Below are positions 48,751 through 60,472 of a stretch of DNA of 64,000 bases, piece after piece (within the stretch, counting starts at the first letter, position 1; every line of letters starts with the position of its first letter). Made by a program: the position numbers and the translations under genes. The notes under the pieces were generated by a model, which made no database searches, was not told the DNA's origin, and worked only from the letters and a program-made list of their open reading frames with translations. The stretch comes from Treponemataceae bacterium (lineage in GTDB: Bacteria > Spirochaetota > Spirochaetia > Treponematales > Rectinemataceae): NCBI GenBank assembly GCA_963677895.2, contig CAXXGJ010000021.1:65736-129735 (forward strand), given 5' to 3'.

Positions 48751-50653
48751 GTTCCAACGTAAAGCGTTTCACAAGCTTTCGGTTCAGCAACGTATATGCC
48801 ACGAGGAAAGCTACCCCGACGACGATGACGATCATCGCGAAGCTGAAGGTGGCCAGGAATTTTTCCTGACAGGAAAGGACGACGAGCCCCGCGGCGGCGA
48901 TCCACAGAAGAATGCGCGTCACCGTGCCGATCGGCTTGAACAGGAATTTTGTGACGGCGGCGGAGTTGATGGCGACGGCCATGAAGAGCAGCAGCGTCGT
49001 GGCGAGGATGGCGTAGATGGGCCCCTGGAGAATTATGGCGCCGTTGTAAATGAAGACGAAGGGGATGATGTAGCCCATGATGCCCAGGAAACTGGCTTCC
49101 CAGCCCGTCTTCCAGGGGTCTGAACCCGCGATCGTGGAGGCGCAGTAGGCGACAATAGCGTCCGGAGGCGTCAGTTCGGCCAATATGGCGAAGTAGAAGA
49201 CGAAGAGGTGGGCGGGGAGCGTGGCTATGCCGAGGGCGTTCATGGCCGGGGCGCCGATCACCACGGAGATGATGTAGGCGGGCGTGCAGGGCATTCCCAG
49301 TCCCATGATGATGCAGGTGATCATGATGAGCATCAGGGCCGGAAGGAGGAAGCCGCCTGAGAACCTCGCGACGACGGTAGCGATGCCCAGGCCGAGTCCC
49401 GTGTAGGTGATTACGCTGATGACAAGGCCTGCGCCGGCGCAGGTGATCGCCAGCATGACGCAGCTGAAGCCCGAACTCTCGAAGACCTTGAAGAGTTTCT
49501 TGGGCGTGAGCATCGTGTTCTTATTGAGGAAGCTCAGGGCGAAGGTCGTGGCGATGGCTATGACGCAGGATTTGAAGGGCGAGTAGCCGATCGAAAGCAT
49601 GACGACGAGAGCCACGAGCGGGAGAAGAAGGTAGGAATCCTTGATGAGCTGTTTCCAGGGAAGCATATCCTTCTCGTCCATCGGTTTGAGATTGTCCCGC
49701 AGCGCGACGAAATGGACGCGCATGAAGATGCTGACATAATAGAAGGTGGCGGGCAAAGCCGCCGCCAGGGCGATGGTCCAGTAGGGGATGCCGCTGATTT
49801 CCGACATCACGAAGGCCGCCGCGCCCATGATGGGCGGCATGAGCTGACCTCCCGTCGATGAGGAAGCCGCTACCGCCGCGGCGAACTGCGGGCGGTAGCC
49901 GAGTTTCTTCATGAGGGGAATCGTGAAGGTGCCGGTGGCGTACATGTTGGCCACGCCGACGCCCGAGATCGTGCCGAAGAGACCGGACGCGACGACGGCT
50001 ATCTTGGCTCCGCCGCCGGGGCCCCTGCCCGCTATTCTCGAGGCGAAGTTCGTGAAGAAGACGCCGGTATTCGTCCCCTCCATAAATGAGGAGAAGATGA
50101 CGAAGACGGCGACGAAGGTGGCCATGATGCCCGAGAGCGAACCGTAAATACCCACGTCCGTGCCGAGGTAGCACATCTCGACGAGGCGCGCTATCGAAAT
50201 GGGGCGAGCGTAGAAAACTCCCGGAAGGAAAGGCGCGATCCAGGTATAGGCGATGAATCCGCCGATGAGGATGGCCATGGCCGGCACGACGGCGCGCCTT
50301 ATGGCCTCGATGATGAGGACGATGTTTATCGCGCCGAGGATGAGTTCGACCGTCGTGACCGGGTCGACCTGGGTCAGGCGCATGTTCAGCGTGTCGTTGA
50401 AGATGATTATGTAGAGCGTGGACGCCATCGACGCGATGGCAAAGACGAAGTCGAGGACGCTCGGCCTGTCCTGGGGCGACTTCTTGGTGGCCGGGTACAG
50501 GAGAAACCCTAGCGGCAAGAGGAAGAGCAGGCTAATTCCGCGCTGAAGCCGCGGCTGGAAGGCTCCGAAAATTGCCGTGTACAAAAAGAAGACCGCGATC
50601 AATGCGGACCATATTCCAAGTATTGTCTTGAGAGGTCCCGATAATTTTCTCAT
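48743..50653 (-). CDS. TAXI-type TRAP transporter fused permease
   Basis: Many TMs; GGGAKIAV, TGGQLMPPIMGAAAF, AHLFVFYF, ELTPP. Confidence 0.92.
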   Translation of the reverse strand: MRKLSGPLKTILGIWSALIAVFFLYTAIFGAFQPRLQRGISLLFLLPLGFLLYPATKKSPQDRPSVLDFVFAIASMASTLYIIIFNDTLNMRLTQVDPVTTVELILGAINIVLIIEAIRRAVVPAMAILIGGFIAYTWIAPFLPGVFYARPISIARLVEMCYLGTDVGIYGSLSGIMATFVAVFVIFSSFMEGTNTGVFFTNFASRIAGRGPGGGAKIAVVASGLFGTISGVGVANMYATGTFTIPLMKKLGYRPQFAAAVAASSSTGGQLMPPIMGAAAFVMSEISGIPYWTIALAAALPATFYYVSIFMRVHFVALRDNLKPMDEKDMLPWKQLIKDSYLLLPLVALVVMLSIGYSPFKSCVIAIATTFALSFLNKNTMLTPKKLFKVFESSGFSCVMLAITCAGAGLVISVITYTGLGLGIATVVARFSGGFLLPALMLIMITCIIMGLGMPCTPAYIISVVIGAPAMNALGIATLPAHLFVFYFAILAELTPPDAIVAYCASTIAGSDPWKTGWEASFLGIMGYIIPFVFIYNGAIILQGPIYAILATTLLLFMAVAINSAAVTKFLFKPIGTVTRILLWIAAAGLVVLSCQEKFLATFSFAMIVIVVGVAFLVAYTLLNRKLVKRFTLEHA

Positions 50654-50695
50654 CTAATTCCCCTTGCCGTGTAGGTGTGTGACAATCGAACGCAT

Positions 50696-50721
50696 ACACC
50701 GGCGGGTTTATCCGCCGGTGT
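50696..50721 (-). other. Intercistronic stem-loop after the TAXI gene
   Basis: 10-bp stem ACACCGGCGG/CCGCCGGTGT. Confidence 0.65.
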
Positions 50722-50735
50722 CTTTCAGAAAAAAC

Positions 50736-51758
50736 TTATTTGATCGCCCCGACTTCTTTATAGTACTTTACGGCACCTGGATGGAGGGGAACCTGCACCG
50801 CGGTCGCGGTGGTTTTCGGATCGAAAACAGAGTAGCTCGAACCCATCTGAACGAGGAAAGCCTTGTTCTCGTTGAGAATCTTGGCCAGGGTGTAGGCGAC
50901 GGCGTCGGACATCTTGGGGCTCACGAGGATCTCGGTGGCATGGGCCATGGCCTGGATGTCGTTCGGCATGCCCGTATAGGTGCCGCCCGGCACGATGGAC
51001 AGACCGGAGGCTCTGGTGACGAGGCCCATCGTCGCGGCGAAGTGGTCGACGCAGGCGTCGCTGACGGCCATGAGGGTGGAGGGGCGGCCGAGCGCCATTT
51101 CCATGATGATGGCGGCGGGAAGGCCTACGCAGGTCAGGGCGTAATCGACGTGCCTGTCTTTATAGAGGCTGGTCATATCGCCATAGATGGCCTGGGTGAA
51201 GGTACCGCCGTTCTTCTTGATCATGTCGTAGGAAGCGCCGTAGTAAGCCAGTACATTGCCGATGAGCACGTACTCGGAAGTGCCCGTCATGGGTCCGGCG
51301 ACTTTGAGCTTCTCGCCGTTCTTTATCTTCTTCGCGAACTCCTCGAAGGTCGAGACGTTCTGATCCTTGGCCGCGAGGAAATGATAGCGGTCCGCAGACA
51401 GGGCTCCGGCGATGGAGGCGATGTTCGTGTAGGCTTTCTTGAAGAGCGGCGCCTCTCCCTTGTAGGCCGCCTTATCCAGCCAGGCGACGCCCCAGGCTAT
51501 ATCCGCATCGCCCTGAGCGAGGAGGATGGGGTTCGTGAGTCCGCCGCCCGGGACTACTTTGATGGTGATGCGGGGTTCTTTTTCGTTCACGAGGTTAGCG
51601 AAGCCGCCAGCAACGGTGTACCATCCACCGCCCATGCCTCCAGCAACCCACGTATAAGTGGCCGGCTTGATATCTGCCGACGCGCCCTGCGCGACAACTG
51701 TCCCGAAAGCAACGCATAGGAGTAGAAGGACGATGGCCGCTTTCTTGAAATACACCAT
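50736..51758 (-). CDS. TAXI family TRAP solute-binding protein
   Basis: Signal peptide; AGGMGGGWY, PGGGLTN, VPGGTY, VPLHPGAVKYYKE. Confidence 0.92.
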   Translation of the reverse strand: MVYFKKAAIVLLLLCVAFGTVVAQGASADIKPATYTWVAGGMGGGWYTVAGGFANLVNEKEPRITIKVVPGGGLTNPILLAQGDADIAWGVAWLDKAAYKGEAPLFKKAYTNIASIAGALSADRYHFLAAKDQNVSTFEEFAKKIKNGEKLKVAGPMTGTSEYVLIGNVLAYYGASYDMIKKNGGTFTQAIYGDMTSLYKDRHVDYALTCVGLPAAIIMEMALGRPSTLMAVSDACVDHFAATMGLVTRASGLSIVPGGTYTGMPNDIQAMAHATEILVSPKMSDAVAYTLAKILNENKAFLVQMGSSYSVFDPKTTATAVQVPLHPGAVKYYKEVGAIK

Positions 51759-51787
51759 ATGTGGCTCCTTGTTAATATACTTCCGCT

Positions 51788-51860
51788 ACTCTTCAGCGGA
51801 TGAGTGATGATAAGTTGGTTTTTTCGCGCTGTCAATATTTTTATTTATTTAACTTTTACT
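51788..51860 (-). promoter_or_regulatory. Sigma70 promoter plus operator of the TAXI operon
   Basis: Minus strand TTGACA-N17-TATCAT, AT-rich upstream tract, ACTC-N10-GAGT at 51788-51805. Confidence 0.75.
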
Positions 51861-51919
51861 GGCTTTTAACACTGAGGCTCAGAAAAGAGGAAAAGAAATC
51901 CCGGAAACGCGATTGTCCT

Positions 51920-53507
51920 TCAAGACGTTTCGAAGACCGTTTCGCCGGCTATGGCAGTCATCAACACCCTCGCCTCTTTTATCGACGCTTCCTCGGCGGT
52001 GAGCAGATCCGTATCCAGAACGGTGAAGTCGGCCCACTTTCCGGGCTCAAGACTTCCCCTGTTTCCTTCCTCAAAATTGGCGCGCGCCGCCCAGATCGTC
52101 ATGGCGCGCAGGGCGTCGGCTCGGGATATGGCCTGCGACGGCCTATAGCCTCCATCGGGCAGCCATGCGTCGTCCTTCCTGAAAACAGCCGAACGGAAAC
52201 CGCGGAGCGGCTCTACCCTTTCGATGGGGAAGTCGCTGCCGTTGGCCAGCCAGCCATTCTGCGCGAGGAGGTCGCGGTAGCGGTGCGAGCGGGACATGCG
52301 TTCAGGACCAAGGCGTGTTTCGGTCCAGGCCATGTCGGAGGTGGCGTGGCTGGTCTGTACCGAGGGAATGACGTTGAGACGGCCGAAACGAGGAAGGTCG
52401 TCGTCGTGGACAAGCTGGGCGTGCTCGACGCGCCAGCGCAGATCGTTGCCCGGTTCGAGGAATCTTTCGTAGGTATCGAGAACGAGGCGGGCGGCCGCGT
52501 CGCCGATGGCGTGGACATTCATCTGGAATCCGCTGGCCTTGGCGATTCCGCAGACTCGCGCGAGCTCATCGGGTTTCAGCGTGAAGAGTCCGCGGTTTCC
52601 AGGATCGTCGGTGTAGGGTTCGAGAAGACGCGCGCCCCGCGAACCCAGGGCGCCGTCGGCGAACATCTTGAAAGAGCGGACCGTGAGCCTTTCGCCGGCT
52701 CTGGGACCGCCCGAAGCGAAATAATCGATGTTCTCCCGGGTCGGCAGCAGCATGACGTAGATGCGGACGGAGAGCTCCCCCTTCCCCTGCATTTTTTCCA
52801 TGAAGAGCGCGTCGTTTTTTTTCGGTTCCGGCATTGGAAACCGAGGTGAGCCCCGCGGCGAAGCACTTCTCCTGCGCCGCCAGAAGAGCGCTTCTCGTGG
52901 CCGCTTCGTTCGGGGCGGGAATGGCGCTCTTCACCTTGTCGACGGCGTTGTCGAGAAGAAGGCCCGTGGGACGGCCGCCCGAAAGGACGATCGTCCCGCC
53001 GTCAACGCGGGTCGCGGCGTCTATGCCCGCGGCGGCGAGGGCGGCCGAATTGGCCATGGCGGCGTGTCCGTCGACGCGGATCGCCAGGACAGGGGTCTGC
53101 GGGAAAGCCCGGTCCAGAAGCTCGTTGCCGGGGAATTGCCCCGACGCCCATGTATTCTGGTCCCAACCGCGGCCCTGGACCCAGGGCTCGCGACTTTTCG
53201 CGGCATGCGCGACGAGTCTCGCCACCGTTTCCTCCCAGGACTTGGCGCCGAAAAGCTGGGCGCGCTGAAGGACGTAGCCGTAGCTCAGGAAATGGCAGTG
53301 CGGATCCATGAAGCCGGGGTAGACGACGGCATTTCCGAAATCGAGCCGCCGTCGCGGCGCGAAGGCTTCTTCGATATCGTCGCGCCTTCCGACGGCGACG
53401 ATGCGGCCGCGGTCGACGGCCACGCGCTCGGCGACTGAGAACGCTTCATCCACGGTATAGATGCGGCGAGCGCTGACGATGAGATCGATTCGGGTCTTCA
53501 TGCCCAT
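51920..53507 (-). CDS. YtcJ-like metal-dependent amidohydrolase (frameshift in the 8-nt run at 52815-52822)
   Basis: PGFMDPHCH and RVDGHA in the first frame; KMFADGALGSRGA, HAIGDAA, RVEHAQ, GSDFP and GSLEPGKWADF in the second. Confidence 0.88.
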
Positions 53508-53577
53508 TTCCCTGCCTTTGACATTCGCGTGCGATTTTTCGAATATTATCGTATAGCAGTTTCCAAAGGAAAAACCA

Positions 53578-54081
53578 GTGCAAGAATCAAACTTTTATGA
53601 TTTCGAGTTTCGGACAGGCAAGGGCCTGCCATTCTCCTTCAAAGGGCTCGAGGAAAAAGTCCTCCTCATCGTCAACACGGCGAGCAAATGCGGCTTCACG
53701 CCTCAATACAAGGGGCTGGAGGAGCTGCACCGGAAATATGGGGATAAGGGGCTCGTTGTCCTGGGCTTTCCCTGCGACCAGTTCGCCCATCAGGAACCGG
53801 GCAGCGACGAGGAAATCGCGAGTTTCTGCCAGGTAAATTTCGGCGTCACCTTCCCGCTCATGTCGAAGGTTCTCGTGAACGGGCCCGAAGCCCATCCGCT
53901 CTTCCTCCTTCTGCGCAAACGCACCGCCGGCATCCTGGGCGACGCCGTCAAATGGAATTTCACGAAATTCCTTGTCTCGCCGGGCGCCAGGCGGGTCAAG
54001 CGCTACGAATCCTTCGTGACGCCGGAAAAACTCGAGGCTGATATCGAAAAAATGCTTACGTCGCGGCCGGTGGGCCAATAA
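53578..54081 (+). CDS. Glutathione peroxidase family (Cys type)
   Basis: VNTASKCGFTPQY, LGFPCDQF, KWNFTKFL. Confidence 0.93.
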   Translation: MQESNFYDFEFRTGKGLPFSFKGLEEKVLLIVNTASKCGFTPQYKGLEELHRKYGDKGLVVLGFPCDQFAHQEPGSDEEIASFCQVNFGVTFPLMSKVLVNGPEAHPLFLLLRKRTAGILGDAVKWNFTKFLVSPGARRVKRYESFVTPEKLEADIEKMLTSRPVGQ

Positions 54082-54105
54082 GCGGCGATGATATGATCGA
54101 GCGAT

Positions 54106-54136
54106 AAAAAAGGGCGCCCTTTCGGAGCGCCCTTTT
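54106..54136. terminator. Bidirectional intrinsic terminator
   Basis: A6-GGGCGC...GCGCCC-T4 between convergent genes. Confidence 0.8.
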
Positions 54137-54162
54137 CATGTAAAGAATGGATGGAATTCCGT

Positions 54163-55284
<1,122 letters not shown>

Positions 55285-55447
55285 ACTGCCTCCCTTTAGG
55301 GGTTTATGTTAGTTTTTTCAGTTTAACCCGATTTCCGCGGCCGGTCAACGCTTAAAACACATCGAACAGCCCGCGAACCCGACGGACGACGCGACGCTCA
55401 CGCCTATTCCTCAAAAATGAATTATATTAGTTTATGGAGGCTACACG

Positions 55448-55906
55448 ATGAAAACAGTAAGCGACATACTCAAGATGAAAGGATCCAAGGTCATAACCGT
55501 CGATTCGGACGCGATCGTCCTCAACGCCCTCGTGCTCATGGCGGAGAACAACATTGGCGCCGTCCTTGTCACGGACAAAACGGGCAAGGTTTCCGGCATT
55601 TTTTCAGAAAGAGATTTCGTCCGAAAGATAATCGTCAAAGGCCGCAACAGCGAAACGGCTCGCGTGGCCGAGCTCATGACCGCCGATCCCATAGCCGTAA
55701 GCCCCGAAGCCTCGCTCGGCGAATGCATGAATCTGATGACGGATCACAAATTTCGCCACCTTCCCGTCATGAAGAACGGCCAGCTCATAGGAATCATATC
55801 CATCGGCGATGTCGTAAAATCGCTCATCAACGATCAGGACAAGATAATATCCGAGCAGGCTTTCGAACTGGGCCAGATCGAGCGCACGAATATGGGAGCC
55901 ATCTGA
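55448..55906 (+). CDS. CBS domain protein
   Basis: Two CBS motifs (GIFSERD, RHLPV, IISIGDVVK). Confidence 0.9.
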   Translation: MKTVSDILKMKGSKVITVDSDAIVLNALVLMAENNIGAVLVTDKTGKVSGIFSERDFVRKIIVKGRNSETARVAELMTADPIAVSPEASLGECMNLMTDHKFRHLPVMKNGQLIGIISIGDVVKSLINDQDKIISEQAFELGQIERTNMGAI

Positions 55907-55926
55907 TAGCCTGCCCGCGAACATCC

Positions 55927-56745
55927 TCAGATTGAGGAAATCCATGCCTGGGCGGCTATGCCGAAGGCGACGGCGACATTTATCGAGGCCTTGATTCCCC
56001 GCATGGGGATGCTTACGCGACGCCCTTCGGCCAGGGCAAGGCATGATTCTGAAACGCCCAGCTCCTCCGATCCGAGGATAAGCAGCCCTCTGTCGGGAAA
56101 AGCGAACTTGTCCAGGGGAGAGCCGCCCAATTCGAGAGCGAAGATAGGTCCAAGGCCCGGCAATTCGTCGGGTGGGCAGCGCCTCCAGGGGATGAGATCG
56201 ACGGCTCCCATGGATGAGCGCAGCGCCCTTGGATGCAGAGGATCGGCGCAGCCAGCGGAGAGGAGGACTTCCTCGAAGCCGAGAGCCTCGGCCGTCCTCA
56301 GGATCGTTCCCACGTTAAAAGGCGAGCGTATGTCCTCGAGGTAGACCTTGAGTCCCGGAAGGAAATTGCGCGTCAGGCCCTCGGCCGCGCGTCCTCTGGG
56401 CGACAAGAAGTCGTGGAGATCCCAGTCCGCGGGCGCTTGGCCGGAAATCTTCATGAGCGCATGTCGAAAATCGTCGATGGCGCGGAAGGCGAGGGAATAT
56501 TCCTGACGGGCGAGACCCTCGAGGCAAGCCTTGGCGGCCGCCGCAAGGTTGGGGGTGGATTCGCCATCGCCGGCCAGAAAGGCGGCCAGATCGCGGGCGT
56601 AAGCGAGCAGTTCGGCCATACGCGGTGTTATAGGCAATCCTTCGCCGATTTCGGAAAGCTCCAGCTGCACTCTCTCGAGAAGAATGGCGCATTTGCGCGT
56701 CCTCGCGACGCCGTGGAGCTTGGATAGCTGTCTCACCTGGATCAT
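55927..56745 (-). CDS. TrmH/SpoU family RNA methyltransferase
   Basis: SPFNVGTILRTA, LGSEELGV, SINVAVA. Confidence 0.88.
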   Translation of the reverse strand: MIQVRQLSKLHGVARTRKCAILLERVQLELSEIGEGLPITPRMAELLAYARDLAAFLAGDGESTPNLAAAAKACLEGLARQEYSLAFRAIDDFRHALMKISGQAPADWDLHDFLSPRGRAAEGLTRNFLPGLKVYLEDIRSPFNVGTILRTAEALGFEEVLLSAGCADPLHPRALRSSMGAVDLIPWRRCPPDELPGLGPIFALELGGSPLDKFAFPDRGLLILGSEELGVSESCLALAEGRRVSIPMRGIKASINVAVAFGIAAQAWISSI

Positions 56746-56752
56746 ACAGCGG

Positions 56753-57487
56753 TCAGCCTTCGGAGCGGCTTTCCTCCGCTTCGTCATCGGCCTCCGATTT
56801 GTCGCTTTTGCCCGCCACGAGAACGGCGAACTCGCCTTTCTGAGGGATAGGCTCGCCCTCCCCTCCGGCGATGCGGGCCGAAAGTTCACTGGCGCTGCCG
56901 ATGGCGATCTGTTCGTGGATCTTGGTGAGCTCTCTGCCGACGCAGACCTGGCGCCCGGGAGCGAGACCGGCTATGTCAGCGATGAGTTTGGCGATCCGGA
57001 AGGGGGATTCGTAGAGCATGAAGGCCTCTTCCCTCTCCAGGAGGACGGCGAGGCGCGCGCGGCGCCGGGAGGCCTTGGGGCTCATGAAGCCGTCGAAAAG
57101 GAGGCCCCGGCCGCCGAAGCCACAGGCGCTCACGAGGGTGGCGAAGGCCGAGGGGCCGGGTATCGGGATGACGCGGTGGCCGGCCGCGCGCGCCGAACGG
57201 ACGAGCACGGCTCCCGGGTCGGAGAGTCCCGGCGTGCCCGCGTCGGTGCAGTAGGCTACTTTCTTGCCGGCATCGAGAAGGGAGATGATGCGCGCCGAAG
57301 CCCTGAGTTCGTCGTTCGCGTGACAGGAGAGGAGAGGTTTCGCGATGGCGAAATGGTTGAGGAGCTGGAGCGTGTGTCTCGTATCCTCACAGGCTATGGT
57401 ATCGGCGTTTTTCAGGGTTTCGAGCGCCCTCAGCGTTATATCCCCCAGATTTCCTATCGGCGTTCCCACGATATAAAGTTCACCCAT
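56753..57487 (-). CDS. rsmI: 16S rRNA C1402 2'-O-methyltransferase
   Basis: GTPIGNLGDITLRA, CEDTRHT, DAGTPGLSDPG, YESPFRI, RELTKIHE. Confidence 0.95.
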   Translation of the reverse strand: MGELYIVGTPIGNLGDITLRALETLKNADTIACEDTRHTLQLLNHFAIAKPLLSCHANDELRASARIISLLDAGKKVAYCTDAGTPGLSDPGAVLVRSARAAGHRVIPIPGPSAFATLVSACGFGGRGLLFDGFMSPKASRRRARLAVLLEREEAFMLYESPFRIAKLIADIAGLAPGRQVCVGRELTKIHEQIAIGSASELSARIAGGEGEPIPQKGEFAVLVAGKSDKSEADDEAEESRSEG

Positions 57488-57616
57488 CGCCCGATTCTCC
57501 TCATTGCTTGCTTTTTTTATTGTACAGAAGCGGCCGTACTTGCGGAAGCGGTTTCAAAGCGCAGGTATCGCGCGTCAAAGCTCGACAAAGCAGGCAAATG
57601 AAGGTATTTTAGCAGG

Positions 57617-58741
57617 ATGACATCAGGTACCACCAAGAAACAGATTTTCCTCATTTTTTTCATAGCCTTGTTCCTGCTCGTGGCAAGACTCTTCTATCCT
57701 TTCTTGACGGTAATCCTGTGGTCGGGCGTGATCTACGCCTTCATCGCCCCGCTATATGAGCGCTGCGCGAAGGTTTTCACCAAACGCGACAAGCTCTCAG
57801 ATAAAAAACGATCTATCGTGGAGAATATTCTCGGCGGCATCTTCGCCGTCCTGGGGGTCCTCGTCCTGGCGGTTCCCTTCACCTTCCTGTTCATAGCCCT
57901 CCTCAAACAGGTCGTCGATCTCTCGGGCAACATGATCAGGGTCATCGAGGAACATCCGGACATTTTCTCCCTGAGCCACACGAGTCCCATTGGCGGCTTC
58001 ATCTATCGGCTGTCGGCCGGCTCCATCGACCTGAGCGGCATCAATGTCCTCCACGAGGCGAAGGGCTTTCTCATCGCCAGCTCCAGCCGGATCATCGGTT
58101 TTTCCGGCACCATCCTCAAGAACGGCGTCGCGCTTTTAACCACCCTTGCATTCATGATATTCACCTTGTATTTTCTGCTCGTCGACGGAAAGCACCTGGC
58201 TTCCCTCGTTGTTTCCGCCGTGCCGATCGAGCGCACCTACACGAAAATGTTCATGCAGAAGATGAGCGAATCAGGACGCCAGCTCGTCCTGGGATTTTTC
58301 CTCGTCGCCATTTACCAGGCTGTCGTGATGTTCATTCTCAGCCTCATTTTCAAGCTCGAGGGACCTCTGGTCCTCGCGTCGCTCACCGCCGTGGCCTCTT
58401 TCATACCCATGGTGGGAACTTCCCTCGTCTGGATTCCCATCTCCCTCTATATAGGGCTTACCGGCGATGTCGGAACGGCGCTTCTTTTCTGCGCGCTGGC
58501 TGGCTTTTTCGTGTCTTTCACCGACAACTTCCTGAGGCCGATGGTGCTGGGCGACAGGCTGAAGATGCACCCCCTCCTCATCTTTTTCGCCATCGTCGGG
58601 GGCTTGAGCATTTTTGGTTTCAACGGGCTCATATTGGGTCCGCTCATCGTCATCATCTTTTTCTCGGCCGTCGAGCTCTATGACCAGATAGATCAGGTCA
58701 AGGCGACCAATCCCGGCAGCGACGAGCAGAGTTCCTCATAG
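57617..58741 (+). CDS. AI-2E family transporter
   Basis: SFIPMVGT, DNFLRP, HPLLIFFAIVGG, GLILGP. Confidence 0.9.
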   Translation: MTSGTTKKQIFLIFFIALFLLVARLFYPFLTVILWSGVIYAFIAPLYERCAKVFTKRDKLSDKKRSIVENILGGIFAVLGVLVLAVPFTFLFIALLKQVVDLSGNMIRVIEEHPDIFSLSHTSPIGGFIYRLSAGSIDLSGINVLHEAKGFLIASSSRIIGFSGTILKNGVALLTTLAFMIFTLYFLLVDGKHLASLVVSAVPIERTYTKMFMQKMSESGRQLVLGFFLVAIYQAVVMFILSLIFKLEGPLVLASLTAVASFIPMVGTSLVWIPISLYIGLTGDVGTALLFCALAGFFVSFTDNFLRPMVLGDRLKMHPLLIFFAIVGGLSIFGFNGLILGPLIVIIFFSAVELYDQIDQVKATNPGSDEQSSS

Positions 58742-59547
58742 AAGGAATCGGCGACGGGGATTCCCCCCGCCGTCCTGCCGAGGCCGCAGGCCGGCTTCTC
58801 GGCGTTGTGGAAATCCGATCCCGCCGTGACGAGAAATCCCCGTTCCCTCGCCATGTGCTCCAATATCCTGCACTGCCCCAATTTAGCCGTCGGATGATAG
58901 GCTTCGATGCCTTCCACGCCCGCTTCCTTCCATTCGTCCATGAGGGTGGCGAGTCTTGTCTTGCTGACAAAGAGCGAGTATGGATGCGCTATGACGGCTA
59001 CGCCTCCTGAGTCTTTTATGAGGCGCAGGGCTTTGGCGAAGGGTAGACAATCCTTCGGAAGATAAAACGGTTTCCCCTTTCCGAGGAACCGGTCGAAGGC
59101 TTCCTGTTTCGTACGCACTATCTTGCGCCTCATGAGGGCTTCGGCCAGGTGCGGCCGACCTATGCGTTCGGTTCCGGCTATCTCCGCTATCTCGTCGAGA
59201 TCGATCGAAATGCCGTCGACGTGGAAAAGTTCGACGATGCGCTCGTTCCTGATCACCCGCGCCTCGGCCAGGAGGGAAAGCGCCTCGAGGAGTCCCGGGC
59301 CGTTTTCGTCTATCCCCAAGCCCAGAAGGTGGAATTCTCCCGGATCGAAGTCGATCTCGATTTCCACGCCGGACACGAAGGCCATGGAGAGTTCGGCCGC
59401 GCGGCGGCGCGCCTCGGCCACGCCCGCCACCGTGTCGTGATCGGTGAGGGCGAGGGCTTTGAGGCCCGTCTTTTTGGCCAGATTAACCAGTTCGGTAGGA
59501 GAAAGCGCTCCGTCTGAAGCGGTCGAATGTGTGTGGAGATCTATCAT
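58693..59547 (-). CDS. PHP domain phosphoesterase (TrpH/YciV-like)
   Basis: DLHTHSTASDG, LTDHD, GRPH, AHP, GSDFH. Confidence 0.92.
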   Translation of the reverse strand: MIDLHTHSTASDGALSPTELVNLAKKTGLKALALTDHDTVAGVAEARRRAAELSMAFVSGVEIEIDFDPGEFHLLGLGIDENGPGLLEALSLLAEARVIRNERIVELFHVDGISIDLDEIAEIAGTERIGRPHLAEALMRRKIVRTKQEAFDRFLGKGKPFYLPKDCLPFAKALRLIKDSGGVAVIAHPYSLFVSKTRLATLMDEWKEAGVEGIEAYHPTAKLGQCRILEHMARERGFLVTAGSDFHNAEKPACGLGRTAGGIPVADSFYEELCSSLPGLVALT

Positions 59548-60404
59548 CGCTGCCGCAGGGGCTCTGTGCCCCGCTCGCCGTAGCCGTACACCGGCAGGGG
59601 CCGGCTCAGCGCGCCTGAGACGAGGCGGACGAATCGCATGACCGCTTCGTCGGAAAGGGCGCTGATTCCGGCTTCCAGAGGCGCGCGGGCGAGCGTGTAT
59701 ACTTGGATGGCTTTGATGGCGGCGCCTTTTTCCAGCATGGCGTTGACGCGGGCGGCGTAGGACAAGGCTTCGGCATCGGCGGCGCCATCCATGCCGCAGA
59801 CCATGGTCTGGATGGTGATGGGCGTCGACCGGGCGAAATTCCCGAGGGCATCAGAAATGTCGTCGAGGCTGTAGGATGAGCGCGACATGAAGGCAAAGCG
59901 TTCCTGGCTGCCGGCGTCGAGTTTCGCCCAGATATCCAGGGGTTCGCGGCGCGCGAACTCTGCGAGGCGGCGCGCGGTCTCCCCATCCATAAAGCCGGTC
60001 GAATTGGTGATGATGACGATGGGGCAGGCGCCGGGGGCGAGGATGGCCGGATGTCTGCGCCGCGCCGCGGCGCAGATTTCCAGGGCCTCCCAAAGATGCG
60101 GCGAGAGCGTGGGTTCGCCGTTGCCCGAAACGCAGAGGTCGCGGACGGGCCGCGGCGCCCATGCCGCTTTGTAGTCCACGGCGAGAAAAGCTTCCAGTTC
60201 AGCCTCGAGCGCCTCCGCGGAAAAAATCACGCCGCCGGCAAAAGGCCGCACCTCGCAATAGGGGCAGTCGAAACTGCAGCGCTTGCCGTCGGGAAAGAGA
60301 TTGATTCCCACGGAGAGGCCGCCCGAGCGCCTCGAAACGACAGGGTAGACCAGCGAGGACTGATCCGCTCCCCTGTCGTGAACTGAAACGGTGTATTTTC
60401 CCAT
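59544..60404 (-). CDS. Radical SAM protein of unknown function
   Basis: VYPVVSRRSGGLSVGINL, CSFDCPYC, SGNGEPT, KLDAG. Confidence 0.85.
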   Translation of the reverse strand: MGKYTVSVHDRGADQSSLVYPVVSRRSGGLSVGINLFPDGKRCSFDCPYCEVRPFAGGVIFSAEALEAELEAFLAVDYKAAWAPRPVRDLCVSGNGEPTLSPHLWEALEICAAARRRHPAILAPGACPIVIITNSTGFMDGETARRLAEFARREPLDIWAKLDAGSQERFAFMSRSSYSLDDISDALGNFARSTPITIQTMVCGMDGAADAEALSYAARVNAMLEKGAAIKAIQVYTLARAPLEAGISALSDEAVMRFVRLVSGALSRPLPVYGYGERGTEPLRQR

Positions 60405-60472
60405 ATGTATGATGTCATAGTAACGCCAAAATGAAAATTTATGCAATATTGAGCGGATTTTCGACAGGGTTA

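Noticed and set aside
53578..54081. Selenocysteine in the glutathione peroxidase
   Set aside because: The active-site codon is TGC (Cys), and there is no in-frame TGA.
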